Below are positions 42,751 to 58,338 of a stretch of 64,000 nt of DNA, piece after piece. The position numbers and the translations under genes were made by a program. Each line of letters starts with the position of its first letter. Position 1 is the stretch's first letter. The notes beneath the pieces were generated by a model. The model worked only from the letters and a program-made list of their open reading frames with translations, searched no databases and was not told where the DNA came from. Source of the DNA: the human T2T-CHM13v2.0 reference genome, Homo sapiens; assembly GCF_009914755.1 (NCBI RefSeq), contig NC_060936.1. The stretch is one strand, 5' to 3'.

Positions 42751-43649
42751 GGCTGTGATATTATCTGGGTGTGAACAATCATACTGATTTTCATATACCA
42801 TGCCAAATCTGTTGTTGAATTAATGACATTTCCTTGAAATATACAGCTTTTCTCTCTATAAACACTACCCCCAACATCTTACATACTTGTAAAGTTCAAA
42901 ATGCCCTCTCTTTAATCTGCATAGAAGGAACTGTCTGGCAGGTAAAGAGTCTAAGGAATTCCTGGGAAACTCTGGTAATGAATTTTACCATAAACATGCT
43001 AATTACTAAAAGCATGAGTTATCTTGTGTCTGTGAGAAACTTTCAAAAAATAGTGTCTAAAAGAGAACATAGGGCTGGTATGCAGTGGCTAGAAGATGTG
43101 TAGGCTTCATTGGGTGATACTGGATAACTTTACCTAAATGTTTAAAAACATTCCAACTGTGAAACTGTCTCATTTGTGAAATGTGAGAACAGGGTTGCTT
43201 TGGTAAAGAGGTTTACGGAGATGCTATTTCTATCACTTTCGAATATTTTCTATTCGAATGCACATAATAATTTCTAGATAATATCCTAATTATTTTATTA
43301 TTAAAGTTATAATTAATTTTGACTCATAGAGGACTAATTATAAATGCATTTTTGTGTTTGATCAATACCTAAATGTTTACATTTCTAATTGATTCTAAAG
43401 TTTAGCAAAATATTAATTCAGATATCTAATACAATTAAAGATTTCTTTACTAAGTATTTATAGATATCTTCTAAAATATACTTATAAAATAATTCAGTAA
43501 TTATTCACTTTCATATTATAAATATTAAATATATATCTCCATAGATTACTTAAGTATAGGTAATAAAGGGAGAGATCTCTGAATTCAAATTTTTTTTATG
43601 TTACAACATATAAGTTCTGTGGCATTGCAAAGAGAGACAAATGCATGTA

Positions 43650-43850
43650 TTGATCATTTACTATGAGCTACACATTGTATTAAGCATTTTATACTTGTTA
43701 TTTTCTTCTCTAATATAATTTTAATGCAAACATTATTTATCTCATTGTATATCTGATGAGGTCAAAACTCAGAGAATCAAATAGTTTGCCAAACCATAAA
43801 ATCAATAGTAGGACAATTGGGATTTAGTCTATATCTGAGTTACTCTTGAA
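43650..43850 (-). mobile_element. MIR
   Basis: 'catttactatgagcta..taagcatttta', 'gatgaggtcaaaactcagaga'. Confidence 0.55.
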
Positions 43851-44031
43851 ATTGCTTACTGTTTACCACATGCAGCCGTTATTTAACTTAACGTAAACTT
43901 CTTCTGTAGAAACTGAGTTAGTTATTTTGCAGATTCACTAAACTAATATATATTAGTGTGCTGTATAGGTAATATCTCTTTTGTCTTCATCTTCTTTCTT
44001 CTTTTATGTCTCCCATTTCTTATAACCACTC

Positions 44032-44329
<298 letters not shown>

Positions 44330-45726
44330 TAACCACTCTTTAAAATATTAATAGCCAATTATAATTTTTAATGTGTGTCTAACACCAAGAAATGGTAAAA
44401 ACTAAGTTTATTGTCATTAGAAATGCTTATTTGTCAGCACACAAAATGTATATTGTATACAATATACAAAATCTGATATCTAGTATTTCCAGTATTAAAA
44501 AAATAATAATAATAACCATATATATGTATATCAATTTTAAAAGTTTTTTTCTTATTTTACTTCCTGACAAAGAAGATGTGAAAATAACCTCTTTCCCATT
44601 GCCAAGTAAGATTTGATGTTACAGAGTGTGAATGTTATAAAACACACTTTTGGATGTATAAACTAAGCTGCAGAAAATCTATAAAAAAATTAGAAGATAG
44701 AAAAAATATTACATTTAATAAAACATGATTACTGGTGGCTTCTTCCTTAGTTTCTTGCTTTTAATGTCAGATTCTCAAGTTAAAATCACTAAATCACAAT
44801 TGTAACCAAGCTTACTGAAATGTTATTCTCTTTTTATAAAACAGTGCTTTAGAGTTAATTTTGGAAGGGCTTTCTCTTCTATTAAGTAGTGCTATAGATA
44901 CTTTTATATTATGCTACAGAAAAAAGATTTGCACAGTAACAAGATTTAAGACAAATACCAGTGATCTTTTGGGTTTGTCAGAATTTATTTTGCTCAAACC
45001 ATTTCTCAAATTACTTTTGTGGACTTATATTTCATTTTAATTGAGACAAAATGAGAGGTGTCAGGTGAGATATTGATTGCTTTTTAAATATGTTGACATG
45101 GAAATATATCTTATTAGATAGTAGATTTACTTTTTAAGTGGATCTGTGTTTTGAATAAAACATTTAAAACATAGTCACTAAATATTAAATATCTACCCAT
45201 AACTTATTAAATGGGTATTTATATCACCTTATTGTAATTAAAATGTTTCTAATTTTACTTTAGAGAACCCCAAATTTAATTGATTTCTCTCAATATTTTT
45301 GTTTGTGTTTCATTTGTCTTTAATTGCAATAAGATACAACTGTTCTCATTAAATTAATCTACGCCTAGGAAAACATATATGACTTATTTAGAAAGCTAAG
45401 CAAAAATAAACTTCTGAAATTTTTATTTCTGATACTCTATTAAAAGTGATTTATTCTATATTTTAACAAATAACCCATCTACCCCAAACTGATATCTACA
45501 TGTTTTCAAGGAAAAAATATATTTTTATAAAGCTACCATTCCTTTGAATTAGTTAAAACCTAGGACTAATGTGGTAGCAGGATTCAATCTTCTTAAATTT
45601 TACTTCTTAGAAACATAATCATATTTACTCTGTAATTTTCTTACCTGTTGCTGCAAGGGCTGCCTTTGAACAGAGAGGTGCTGAAGTAGGAGCTTTATCT
45701 TATCGTGTCTTACACATCATTGGTAA

Positions 45727-46156
45727 TGATGAAAGATTTTCTTCCCCCTTAGTTTAGCTAAAGTTCGTGTTCTTGTCTCACAGCCAGAAGAAATTAGGCA
45801 CATGAACACATTAAATGGTAAGGAGGGCAGAATTTATTAAAAGAAAGCTGTCAGTGAAAAAAAAAAAAAAGTGGGAAGGTCCTGTCAACAGGTTACCACC
45901 ACTCAGGCTGAGTACCAGGCCACCACACATGAGCTGAAGTGGCCGGGCTCCTCCCCTTGAATAAGGCGTGAATTCCCAGTAGCTCCACCCATTCTCCCAG
46001 TGTGCAGGGGCACCCTTAGTCTGAGCCACTCCACGTTGATTTATTTCTCTTTCTGCACATGTGTTAAGGGACAGAATTTTTCATCATGGACACGTTTAGT
46101 CAAGCCCCCTGTGCACAATGACCTCCCTGGCATTTGGCTCTTTCCTGTCTCTGTCA
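45727..46156 (-). mobile_element. Solo LTR, MER61 family (ERV1)
   Basis: TG..CA ends; 4-bp TSD gtaa (45723-45726 / 46157-46160); 'gggctcctcccc', 'gctccacccattctcccagtg'; minus-strand AATAAA at 45833-45838. Confidence 0.78.
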
Positions 46157-46314
46157 GTAAGATAAAAAACACCAATACAAAAGTTAATGCCAACAGACAC
46201 TCAGATATTAGGTTTCACATCTAATTTTACATAATTTTATTTTAAATAGTTTTAAAAGATCAATAATGAGGTACTACAATCTACAAAACACTGATGAAGT
46301 AATTAAAGACGATG

Positions 46315-46401
46315 GATCCATTGAGCCCAGGAGGTCAAGGCTCCAGAGAGCTGTGTTCATGCCACTGCACACACTACACCCTGTCTCAAAAAAATAAAAT
46401 A
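46315..46401 (+). mobile_element. Old Alu (AluJ/FRAM) 3' fragment
   Basis: 'ttgagcccaggaggtcaaggct..atgccactgcac..ccctgtctcaaaa'. Confidence 0.75.
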
Positions 46402-48961
<2,560 letters not shown>

Positions 48962-48999
48962 AAAAATAAAATAATAAAAGAATAATTTTTAAAAACTTA

Positions 49000-49285
49000 A
49001 AAGTCTCAGTTATGCCAGATGAACAAATTCTAGATATCTGCTATATAACAGTACCTACAGTTAATTACATAATATTGTGTACTTTCAAATATGTTAAACT
49101 TTATATACACACACAGAAGATCACAAAGAAATTTTTGTAGGTGATGGATATGTTTAGCAGCATTTTGATGATGTTATCGTGGATATATACATATGTCCAA
49201 ATTCATCAAAGTGTATACATTATATATACATTGATTATGTACATTTTTGTACATCAGTTATACCTCAGTAAAACTTAAAAAGAAA
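49000..49285 (+). mobile_element. L1MA10/L1MB 3'UTR fragment
   Basis: 'ttctagatatctgctatataac', 'ggtgatggatatgttta', 'gtacatcagttatacctcagtaaa'. Confidence 0.75.
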
Positions 49286-50704
49286 ACATGGAATAACAAC
49301 AATTAACAATGAGGAATATTAGGAATCCTGGGACATTTGCAGTGGTCCCCAGGAGCAGGGGAATGGGTTATGTTGAAAGGGTAAACAAAGGAGTCAATAA
49401 TACATTGGTTCATTCCTATCTCTTTGTCCATTTTTTTCCAGATAACTTTGTGTATTTAAGGTGACTCTCAGCTGTTCTGAACTTGTAGATCTTCATAGAC
49501 AGACTTGTAGAAAACAAGACTATTTTTACTGCATTTTTGCTAGGAGAATTAAAATTTCACCACTATGGTGCTAACCATTTAAATGGTTAACAATATTTTG
49601 GTCAAATAATCTTTTTTTTTCTTCCACAAAATGCTACACATATGAAATGCTGTGAAGGTCCCCACTTAATTACTGATTTCTATTACTCATTTTTCTTCTC
49701 CCCATGTGTAAAACCTGAGCTTCTAGCATGTGTATTCTACCCAGAAGGTAATAGTGTAACTGTGTTTCTCTGGAAAGAAAAGTGCCTATTCAAAGATAGA
49801 TGGCCATCCATAGACAATACAATACAAACTGATGGCCATAGTATGAGAGCAAATTGTCTCTCACTGTACTCAGAGCCACTTCATACACCTATAGTTATAT
49901 TAACACCTCATGAGTAATACTATTACGCTCAAACTCTCGTGGAGATGAAGTTATGAATTAAATGGTGTAGTTCTTTTTCATATATTCATTATGTACAATA
50001 TTTATCTTTTATAATTCATCAATTACCAAATATAATTTCCTTGTACATGCTCTTGATTCCTCTCCACAAGTAGCTATCTCTTCTTTATAGACAGTTATTT
50101 TTAAATATGGCTCATAGGCTGCTTTTAATGTCAGCAGGTACTATGTCTTGGCCTGGTTGCATGCTCCCTCAAAGCTAATATGTTGCCAAACTCCTTTTGA
50201 AGTCAGTAAAAGTGTCAGACTTGAAGTAGCTTAGGAAAGGTGCTGGACAGATAATAAATTGATGCAGGGAGAATGACTTCTTTTTGCACATAATTCAGTT
50301 GGCTGGATAATTTCTCTTTTTCAGGCACATGTTGACCTCAGGAATCTCCTCTGTCTAAATGAAATATGTCAGCCTTAGTGCTGACCTTATTAAAAAATCA
50401 TGGATTGATAATTTGAGATGCATATGCCATTAAGTAGCTGAAACAAGACTTGTCCTCTGCAGGTTAAGCATATGAAAAATTTATTGTCACTAAAACAAAC
50501 CTAACCTAGGAAATATTACATATTGTCTAACTGTGTTCACATAACTATTATTGTTACAGCCAAATGTGTTTTTTAAGGGTTATCTTATTCTAAAACCTCT
50601 GGCCTGACTATGCCTCACTTTGAGTAAAGACATCTCAAAATTATGATACATGGTGGGTTGTGGCAGATTTGAGGACTTGCAGGTATCCTAAAAAATGTAC
50701 CAGG

Positions 50705-51298
50705 CAATGGCAAAGATAGGAAATCAACCTTAGTGTCCCCTGATAAATGAATAAAGAAAATGTGATACATACACTACACACACACACACACACACACACA
50801 CACGAATATTATTCAACCTTATAAGAGAACAAAATCTGCCATTTAAAACAACATGGATGAACTTGAAGGTCATTATACTAAGTGAAAAAGCCGACCCCCC
50901 CAAGAAAGACAAATACTGCATAATCTCAGTTTTAGATGTGTCCAACTAATAAAAACAGAGTAGATGGGTGGTTATCATGAGTTGAGAAATGGAGAAAATA
51001 AAGCATTGGTCAAAAGATGCAAACTTGCAGTTACAAGATGAATAAGTTCTGGAGACCTAATGTACTATATAGTGACTATAGCTCATAATAATGTATTGTA
51101 TACTTGAAATTTGCTAAGAAAGTAGACCTTAAGTACCCTTATCATCAAAAACATTCTAAATATGTGAGGTGATGGATATGTTAATTAGCTTGGTTGTGAT
51201 CATCATTTCACAATTTATAGGCAATTTATAATACCACATTGTTTACCTTGAATATCATAACTTTTATTTATCATTTCTACCTCAATGAAGCTATAAAC
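50705..51298 (+). mobile_element. L1MA9-like 3' end with internal (CA)n
   Basis: 'gttacaagatgaataagttctggagacctaatgtac', 'ttgaaatttgctaagaaagtagaccttaag'. Confidence 0.85.
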
Positions 51299-51533
51299 AA
51301 CCCCAAATTTTCTTGAAAATACCTCTCTCTTTTATTTATTTTTCCTCCAAGTTTGTTTTCCACTTCTTTGGTTAAAAGTCATCAGAAGAAACGTTTTTTA
51401 TACCACCACTTCTGAGATTAACTATTATTAAAGATGGCTTAAATGTGAAAAAATAAAGAATACTGACCAAAAAAGGAAAAAAGGAAATTAATATAAATTT
51501 AATTCACAATATATGTAAATGACTTGCCATCTT

Positions 51534-51538
51534 ATGTA

Positions 51539-51575
<37 letters not shown>

Positions 51576-51580
51576 GTATA
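51534..51580. repeat. (TG)n(TA)n microsatellite
   Basis: Read directly. Confidence 0.9.
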
Positions 51581-51947
51581 AAATAATACTGTGGAAAGAG
51601 AAAAATAAAGTTTTTCACTCCAGTCTTTATTAAAAGTTTGCAATATGAAATCAATTATGAGATGAGTACTCTGCAAGGAGCAAGGGGTTTAAAGATTTTT
51701 ATGGGGAGGGGGTAAATAAGCGTTTACCCAGTTTTGTAGCCATTGATTGATGACTTTGGGCTTAGCAAAAGGGATAAAGAGAACATTTGGGAGTAAAAGT
51801 TTTGCTAGGATCAGTGGAAAATGTTCAGTTTTTCAGCGTTTTTCACAATAGATAATTCTTGAATGTTTACTTTTTCTAGGCAGAATTTCAAAAGCTTTAC
51901 ATCCATTATCCCTTTCAATACTCCCAACAAAACTATGAGATGTATAT

Positions 51948-52561
51948 TGTGTAGCAAAGAATTTAACTTTGCCCTAAGAAAAGTCACTTTTGCTGTTGGC
52001 TACCTGGAGGGATCTCTGAACTCTTGGAATATCTTGCCTGATAAGAGCATTTTTGTTTACCTGAGGGTTTTGATTCACACCAGAAGGTCTAACATGATTT
52101 ATGGGAGCATTTTGAGTCACATGGTATTAGATTAACCTCTGGAGAGGCTGGAGATAGAGGTCAGCCACAAGAGCGGTTGAACATGGAGTCCCCATAAAGG
52201 GGACATCTTACTCTGGACACCAGCCTTGGGTAAGCTTCCCTGGTTGGCAATACTCCATGCACATTGTCATATATCACTGATGAGAGGAGTTAACACTGTC
52301 CATGAATCTGTGGAGTAAAGGCTGGAATTTGAAAGTCTGTCTTTGGAAACCTAGACACTTTCCAATGTGCTTGTTTCCTTAGGTGATTCTAATTTGTATC
52401 ATTTCACTGTAATAAACCATATCTGTGAGTATAACAACTTTTGATAAGTTCCATGAGTCTTTCTAGTAAATTATTGAAGCTGGGGTAGTTTCAGGAGCCC
52501 CCATAAATACTGCAGTTGGTGTCAAAGTGAGGTTGGTCTGGTGAACTGTTCATTAACTGCA
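51948..52561 (+). mobile_element. Solo LTR, MER77/MER21 group (ERVL), inserted in a MIR
   Basis: 'gtagcaaagaatttaactttgccc', 'gcttccctggttggcaatact', 'tgtaataaacc..ctgtgagtataaca'; 5-bp TSD tatat. Confidence 0.82.
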
Positions 52562-52629
52562 TATATCACCCCTTGTATACAAATAAGAAATGCAAAATCA
52601 TAAAGAACTTTCTTCAAGATTTACATGCA

Positions 52630-52765
52630 CTACAACAATGAACAAATATTTTTAACAACCACTTTGCAGATATGGAAACTAAAACTCAGAAAGATTAGGG
52701 AATTTGCTAAAATTTACACTAGTTGCAAATGGGAGAATAGGGATACCAGTCTAATGCTATTGTCT
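52630..52765 (-). mobile_element. MIR
   Basis: 'tttgcagatatggaaactaaaactcagaaagattagg'. Confidence 0.6.
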
Positions 52766-53449
52766 TTTCACTATTTTATATTGCCTCCTTGGAAACAGAT
52801 GGGGGGACTAGATTATGCCTGTGAATATTTTAGCAATTGGGATAATTTATATCTCGATTTTTAAGTAATGTGTATTTATAGTGCATATGCTACAGTCCCT
52901 CAACTTGTCAAAGTCTCTGCTAGTTATTTTTCCATGCTAGGGAACCAAATCATTTAAAAAAGAAAGTAAAAGAAAAACAAACCTTGGAATGGTGATTTAG
53001 ATTTACTAATTATACTCAGATAAAATTAGCTTCAAAGCATAATTTTAATTTCCATAGACTTCATAAATTTGGTGATTAGTTTCAAGAAAACTGTATGCAG
53101 AAATAACCTAAAATGTAATATTTCTATTGATTTTCAAAGCTACGTTTTGTATTGCTGCTCTATTTTTCAGAAACATAGAAGATGCATAGAAAACAGCATA
53201 TAGGGTCTTTAATTTAGAGAAATATTTCTGGTATTTTGTCAGGCTATTAAATAAAAATGAGGGACAAGCTATAAATAATAAATGACGTAGCTATGGATCT
53301 ACTTCCTTTAGCTGGATCCTCTCAAATTGAGACATTTAATTAACTGATAAAACAGAAAACAATACTTGCTTTTAACACTATGGAAAACATAGGAAATGTT
53401 GTTGAGTACAATATCACATGACCCAATATAAAACCTGCTTGAGTTAATC

Positions 53450-54450
53450 TGTTTCTTAGTAATGTAGGATATTTAGATTGAAGAGCAACTTCATGAAATT
53501 TGAAAGTGATGGAAGAGGGGTACCATAGAGAGTAGAATTATAATTTTTTTTAACAAATCTAAATGAAATGTGGGAGCAAGGGATGTGAATATCTGGAGGA
53601 AGAATATGCCAGCTAGAGAGAGCCAATGAAGAAAAGGCCTGTGAACCCGAGAATAGCAAGGAAGTCAGTATGGCTTGACCAAGTGACAGAAAATTAATGT
53701 GGTTAAAAAAAGATGAGGTGGTAGAAGGATCTTGAGGACAAGCTACGCGAAACATTTTAGGTCATAATGAGTATTTTAATTCTCCCAAACAAAATAGTGT
53801 GATGTGATTTAAAAGGGATGTGGTACATTCTTTATTTTGGCTATTTTGCAAAGAATAAAGTGAGGAAGAGAGGGAAGAGGGAAACTACTTGAATATTTAA
53901 TCAAATTATCTGAGTTAGAGGGGACCATGGGTCAGTCTACAGGAATAGCGGTGAGAATAGAAAGAAGTGCCTAGAATCAAGATATATATACTCTGAAAGC
54001 AGATCTAATGATGGATTGAGGATTTGAGTATAGGAAGCAAGAGAAATAGAACCCATGATGGGCTTAAGGCTTTAGTTTGAGGACATGGGTGAATAATGTG
54101 CTGATTTGTTGGGCTGGTGCCATAGTAGTCAGTAGGGTTTGGAAAGTGCATGAATTATTATTATTAATTTTGGTGACATTTGGTTGCAGAAAGTTTGAAG
54201 GGCTTGTTATATATCCAGGTAGATCTGGCAGTTGGTTATACAAGGTTAAAGAAATAATTTGGAAATGAAGATTTAATTTGGGAGCCATTGACTTATTGAT
54301 TGCACTCACCTGAAAAGTGAGTACCAAAATGCAGGAGCTGAGGTTTGGAATGTTCCCACATTTGGAGGTTAAGAAAAAAGTTAAGGGAAAATTGCAAAGA
54401 TACTGAAAATGTACAGAGAATGAGATAGAAAGAAAATCAAGAAAGCAGGT
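53450..54450 (-). mobile_element. L2 fragment
   Basis: Purine-rich antisense L2 motifs: 'atatctggaggaagaat', 'gaatagcaaggaagtcagtatggct', 'taatttgggagccattg'. Confidence 0.7.
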
Positions 54451-54454
54451 ACCA

Positions 54455-55874
54455 AACCCCAGTGTCCCAGAATTTAACCTTATTTAGAGATAGGATCTTT
54501 ACCGATTTTAATTACTAAATATAAGGTCACACTGAAGAATGATAAGCCCCTAATAAGATACAGTTATTATTTTTATACAAAGATAGCCATACAAAGACAG
54601 AGACACACAGGAGGAATGCCAAGTGAGGATGATGATATAGAGTGGAATTATGCTGCTGCAAGACAAAAAAAAAAAGGCCAAAGATGGCCACTGAACTATC
54701 AGAAGGTAGGAAGAGGCAAGGAAAGATTTTCTACAAGTTTCAGAGGAAGCATGTCCCTGTTGACACCTTGATTTTGGACCCTGAGCTTGCACACTGAGAC
54801 ATTAAACTGTTGTCCACTCAGTTTGTAGTGACACACATCCTTTTGGTGCCACTTCTCCAGCCAAAAATTGCCACCTCCAGTGGTGCCCCTGCCCGGGCCT
54901 CACTAAGCTTCAGGCTCACAACTGGGGTTGCTCCACCCACTTGGCCCAGCAGGCTGCACTCAGCTCATACTATGGGCACAGGTTCCATGCCTGCCCATGG
55001 TTCTGTGCTCAACTTGCAGTCCGGGTGTGCCACAACCATCTTCTGTCTTGGGCGCCAGCCTCTGGAAAAGGGGGAAGCAGCTGCTCCCGAAAACTCGGAG
55101 ATGCCAACAAACATGGAAGCCCAAGGGGTTTTATGGCTCTTGCCTGGCGAGTCCCAAGGTCTGAGCCCTGAAGAACCATTACAGCTCTTTCTCCTTCCAA
55201 CCGCCCACAGCGCAGCAAACGGGGGGTGGGGGTTGGTGTTTCAGCTTGTCCGTGTTACAGCTTGTTTAGTTCCACCTCCCCACTCTAGTTCCCATGGCTA
55301 CTGGGCTGGCCCAGTCCCACTGCCACTTCCTGTCATGTGGGGCAGCTGCCCAGCACTAGCAGAAGGCAGGAGGGCTACAGTGTTATAGCTCATTTCACAC
55401 CTGCTGTTCTGCGGGTCCTGGGTTCTGGTCCCTCATCCAAGAAGAATGAGGTTACGTGAACACCAGAGAGTGAGCAAGGTGGATAAGGGTTTTATTGAGC
55501 GAGAGAACAGCTCTCAAAATGAGAGGGGACTTAAAGTTGGTAGCCCTCTATGTGAGAGGGGGCCCCAAAACAGGTAATCCCCACGTGTAGCTGAGTCTGG
55601 GGTTTTTATGGGCTCAGAATTGGGGAGTGCATGCTGATTGGTCCATGGGTAGGCCTGGAAAAAGCACCATTTGATTGGCTAAAAGGCATCGAGGAAGTTC
55701 TCACTCCAGTCATAAACTCGGCCTCAAACTGACAGTCCAACATTCAGGCTTCAGTCTGCCTTTGGCTTGAAGGTCAGGTTTCACTGGGTACCCTCCTGTA
55801 TCTGCCTAGTAATTTGTCTGTCTCCTGCCACTATCAGTAGTACATAGCTACTGCAGCCCTGGGAAACTAATACA
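54455..55874 (+). mobile_element. MLT1C-like MaLR LTR, split by MER52
   Basis: 'ccttatttagagataggatcttt', 'aggaagaggcaaggaa', 'gacaccttgattttggac'; resumes at 55837 and ends 'gcagccctgggaaactaataca'. Confidence 0.8.
54829..55836 (-). mobile_element. Solo LTR, MER52 family (ERV1)
   Basis: GC-rich ~1 kb; 'gtccatgggtaggcctggaaaaagcacca', end 'tctcctgccactatca'; 4-bp TSD gtag. Confidence 0.85.
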
Positions 55875-57419
55875 GGCATTGGTTGAATCTCTGGATACGT
55901 CTTCAAAGAAAGAGGCTAGTCAGAATTAGACAAAAATTCTTACAGCCATTGGGAATTATTGTTAATTGAAATTGATGGAAAAGTGTCATATTAGGTATTG
56001 AATATTAATCACCTTCCAGTCATTAATATTACTTACCAAAGTAGCTGTATGCTACAAGACATTTTTCAGAGAATGTCTTATTCACGTTTTCATGCCACCT
56101 TTAAGAACAGACTTGAAAGCAGATTTATTGATCATAAGAGATGTGACTTCTTAGGCATTGAAGGGACGAATTGACCTTAAAATGTGTTATTCAACTTCTA
56201 TTAATATTGTGGATAAAAATATGTCAACATTCCTAAAGTGTGTTTATGATTAGCAGCTGCAAGAATAACTTCAATCCAAATGTAAGTTTTGATATTTGGC
56301 CTGAATAACAGATAAAAGTGACTACATTAAAGACCTAATTTTCAGATATTTCATGTTGTTGGAATTAGATCTTTGTGATATTACTGTTTCTGTTTAATTT
56401 TTTAGCAGCATGTGATTTAGAATTCAAAGAATCACTTTTAGAATGTTTATCAGGGTCTGCTCACTTATGTGTCAATGGTAAAGATTTTAGGCTAAATGTA
56501 AATGACCATAGTTTATCTGGAGCCAAAGGAGCTTTCTATTTTAATAGATTGTAGAGTGTCTATGTACTCTGAAAACATCATCATCTATGCATCCAGCAGC
56601 ACTGGATACATTTGAGCACCCAGAGAATCTTTGCCTTAGTGCTAAGATCAAGGCAGGCAGGCTGGATGTGTTGTCAGAGGTAGACAGAAATGTGTTTTGA
56701 AGGCATTGTAAATAAATACTAACTATAATGGAAGAAACAGCAAATCTTATGCCAAATGAGATAAGCCAATAGCTATATTCTAACATATAAAATCCTACCA
56801 TGTCATTCTTGTTTTTAGGCCATTAAAAATGTCTGAGTCCAATTGTGTCCCTAGACCCCGTTTTTGTCAGTATACTTTGATATAGAAATGTCTTTGTTTG
56901 TTGGATGCTAACTAGACATTCTGAAAATAAAAGTAGATTCAATTACAGCCTAGGCTGGAAGAGTACAACATCTGATGCTGATTTTTTTGTTCAATGTGAG
57001 TATTCTTCATTCTACATATTTACACAAACACCAGTGTTTTTACATAAAACTACCTATAATGAATCATATTCAATGAAAATAGAGACTATAAATCCTACAA
57101 AACTGTAACTTTCATAGCAACTAATGATGGGTTAATTGGAATGAGATTATCTTCACATTCTTCTCTAGTTCTTCCTATTTTCGGTGATAAGAGACTTGCC
57201 TGAGTCAAACCAAGTAACTCTCAGGAGATCTAATACTAAGTATCATTTATTAATCTTGTTGACCTGTAAGAATTCTTGACATTTGGAGAGTGGTATTATA
57301 TTAATAACAATGACATATAAATATAAGCTAAGCATTTTTTTCTTAATCAAATAGAGACAGTGGTGCTGATTTTTCAGTCACAGATCTTTGAGACCTAGAT
57401 GATTAGGGAATGAAGGGGA

Positions 57420-57788
57420 TGTATTAGTCCATTTTCATGCTGCTGATAAATACATACCCGAGACTGGGCAATTTACAAAAGAAAGAGGTTTAATTGAACT
57501 TACAGTTCCACGTGGCTGGGGAAGACTCACAATCATGGTGGAAGGCAGGGAGGAGCAAGTCACCTCTTATATGGATAGTGGCAAAGAGACAATGAGAACC
57601 AAGCAAAAGGGGTTTCCCCTTATAAAACCGTCAGATATCATGAGGCTTATTCACTACTATGAGAACAGTATGGGGGAAGCCACTACCATTATTCAATTAT
57701 CTACCACCAGGTCCCTCCCAAAACAAAGAGAATTATGGGAGATATAATTCAAGATGAGATTTGGGTGGGGCCACAGCCAAATTATATC
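57420..57788 (-). mobile_element. Solo LTR THE1B (MaLR)
   Basis: 'tgtattagtccattttcatgctgctgataaa.acatacccgagactggg', 'attcaagatgagatttgggtgggg'; TSD gggga. Confidence 0.92.
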
Positions 57789-57896
57789 GGGGAGCTGTTG
57801 TTCTTTGATTTCAAGAAAGAATGAAACTTAACTTTGCTTTAAATGTGTACTTTTAAATAACTACAGCTTAAATGTTTCCTTAAAAAGTCTTAAAAT

Positions 57897-58139
57897 CTAA
57901 TTCTGTGAAGAAAGTCAATGGTAGCTTGATGGGAATTGCATTAAATCTGTAAATTACTTTGGGCAACATGGGCATTTTTACGATATTGATTTTTCCTATC
58001 CATGAGCATGGAATGTTTTTCTATTTGTGTCCTCTCTTATTTCCTTGAGCAGTGGTTTGTAGTTCTCCTTGAAGAGGTCCTTCACGTCCCTTGGAAGATG
58101 TGTTCCTATGTATTTTATTCTCTTTGTAGCAATTATGAA
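57897..58139 (-). mobile_element. Internal L1PA ORF2 fragment
   Basis: 'ctgtgaagaaagtcaatggtagcttgatggg', 'gtagttctccttgaagaggtccttcac'. Confidence 0.88.
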
Positions 58140-58338
58140 GGCACATTATATGGAAGGAGCAGGAAAGAGAGAGACAGAGACAGGGGCAGGTGCCACACTT
58201 ACGAAAAAGCTAAGTCTCATTAGCTCTCACTCACCAGCCGTGAGGGACCTCCAGTTACCTCCTAACAGGTCCTGCCTCAACATTGGGGATTGCAATTCAA
58301 CATGAAATTTGGGCCAGCTGTATATCCAAACTATAACA
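58140..58338 (-). mobile_element. Partial MST-family LTR (5' half)
   Basis: 'aggtgccacact', 'caacattggggattgcaattcaacatga', 'atatccaaactataaca'. Confidence 0.75.

Noticed and set aside
54810-55388. 192-aa ORF and overlapping ORFs
   Set aside because: They lie in the GC-rich MER52 LTR; the longest has a non-ATG start and there is no recognisable domain.
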